Shown here: positions 62,934 through 64,000 of the stretch, in pieces
Position numbering within the stretch: the stretch's first letter is position 1
How the letters are laid out: the number at the start of each line of letters is the position of its first letter
Assembly: GCA_017534885.1 (NCBI GenBank)
Contig: JAFXVR010000029.1
Coordinates: 6,245 to 70,244 of the forward strand
DNA from: Clostridia bacterium
Lineage (GTDB): Bacteria > Bacillota > Clostridia > Christensenellales > Aristaeellaceae
Reading direction: 5' to 3'
DNA length: 64,000 nucleotides
Notes under the pieces: model-generated
The model's input: the letters and a program-made list of their open reading frames with translations, nothing else
What the model was told of the DNA's origin: nothing
The model's database searches: none
Position numbers and translations under genes: made by a program

Positions 62934-63047
62934 TCTGAATCACACCTTCTTTCTTTTCAAGTGAATCAAAGTATGTACTCATATCGAGTATTACATTATG
63001 AAGGGCTTGCAGGGGGTTTCGCGCCTGCGGTCGCGGGGCTATGCCGT

Positions 63048-63974
63048 TCAGCGCTTTTGCCTCTCTTCCTCCCACAGCCTTCTGGCCTCGCGGCGGTCGC
63101 GGTCAACCTGGTCGCGGAGGGCTTCGGGGGTGTCGAAGAGGCGCTCGTCGCGGAGGCGGCGGAGGAAATGGAGGCGGAGGGTCCGGCCGTACAGGCTGCC
63201 GACGAAGTCCAGCAGGTGGGCCTCGACGGTGCGGGGGCCGCCGGGCAGGGTCGGGTGCTTGCCGATGTTGACCACCGCGGGCCAGGTGTTTCCGGAGACC
63301 TCCGCCGCGCAGAGGTACACCCCGTCGGCGGGCAGGGCTTTGTCCGGGTGAACGCGCAGGTTGGCCGTGGGGAAGCCTAAGGTCTGCCCCAGGCCGCGGC
63401 CGTGCTCCACTTTGCCGCTGAGGGCATAGGGTCGGCCCAGCAGCCGGGCGGCGGATAGACAGTCGCCCCGCTCCAGCTCGCGCCGCACCCGGGTGGAGGA
63501 CACCGGCACGCCCGCGAGGGTCACCGGGGGAAGCACCCGCACCGGCACGCCGTTGGCCTTGCCCCAGCGGGTGAGGGTCTCGCCGTCGCCGCTGCCCCGG
63601 TCGCCAAAGGTGAAATTGAAGCCGCAGACCAGGGCGGCGGGATGGCAGGCCTCCTGCAGGTGCGCCAAAAAGGCCTCCGGGGACTGGTGGGCCAGCTCCG
63701 GCGTAAAGCGCTCCACCGCCAGCACGTCCACCAGGTCTTCCGCCATGAGGCGGGCGCGCTCGGAGGGCAGGGTCAGCCGGGGCGGCGCCTCGCCGGGGCG
63801 CAGCACGGCCAGGGGATGGGGCTCAAAGGTGAAGACGGTCACGCAGGTCTTCAGCCGCATGGCCTCCTTCACCGCGGCCTTCACCAGCGCCTGGTGGGCC
63901 AGGTGGAAGCCGTCAAACATGCCCAGCGCCACCACCGAGGGCGGCAGGCCGGCGGGATTCAGCACGATTTGCAT
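63048..63974 (-). CDS. ribF: bifunctional riboflavin kinase / FMN adenylyltransferase
   Basis: ALGMFDGFHLAHQ, FTFEPHP, GKVEHGRGLGQTLGFPTANL, VNIG..PT and EAHLLDF.GSLYG. GGAGGAGGA RBS. Confidence 0.9.
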   Translation of the reverse strand: MQIVLNPAGLPPSVVALGMFDGFHLAHQALVKAAVKEAMRLKTCVTVFTFEPHPLAVLRPGEAPPRLTLPSERARLMAEDLVDVLAVERFTPELAHQSPEAFLAHLQEACHPAALVCGFNFTFGDRGSGDGETLTRWGKANGVPVRVLPPVTLAGVPVSSTRVRRELERGDCLSAARLLGRPYALSGKVEHGRGLGQTLGFPTANLRVHPDKALPADGVYLCAAEVSGNTWPAVVNIGKHPTLPGGPRTVEAHLLDFVGSLYGRTLRLHFLRRLRDERLFDTPEALRDQVDRDRREARRLWEEERQKR

Positions 63975-64000
63975 CCATCATCCTCCTCCGGAAAGACCAC

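Overview
GC-rich (about 60% by eye), Gram-positive Clostridia-like chromosomal segment with strong AGGAGG-type ribosome-binding sites. I found no rRNA, tRNA or CRISPR array.

Housekeeping genes recognised with high confidence:
- miaB, mutS, mutL, miaA and ribF
- rubrerythrin and a DtxR/MntR-type repressor
- an LCP wall-polymer ligase, a SWIM-SNF2 helicase and a MATE exporter
- GH4 and GH13 glycosidases, an M48 peptidase and an RluA-type pseudouridine synthase

The accessory content is dominated by secreted surface proteins:
- Six proteins share an unassigned ~85-aa module (13 copies in total) and a conserved acidic helix directly after the signal peptide.
- This shared part is fused to BspA-type LRR arrays, to a peptidoglycan-binding region with an unassigned Cys/His C-terminal domain, or to novel ~230-aa modules.
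- There are also further LRR proteins, a seven-repeat SH3b wall protein and a 1181-aa protein with copper-amine-oxidase-like, 46-aa-repeat and WG-repeat regions.

Intergenic DNA is built from at least six interspersed repeat families (named A-F here), short heptamer-word tracts and a 50-bp tandem array. One convergent intergenic region holds a dense cluster of DnaA-box-like 9-mers.

The right end carries two low-GC insertions next to IS66 and Rpn transposase remnants.

I see no canonical defense system. The best candidates for new biology are the surface-protein module family, the STAS-kinase fusion, the structured repeat elements placed in gene leaders, and the DnaA-box cluster. All function calls rest on motif recognition by eye. 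No database search was run.
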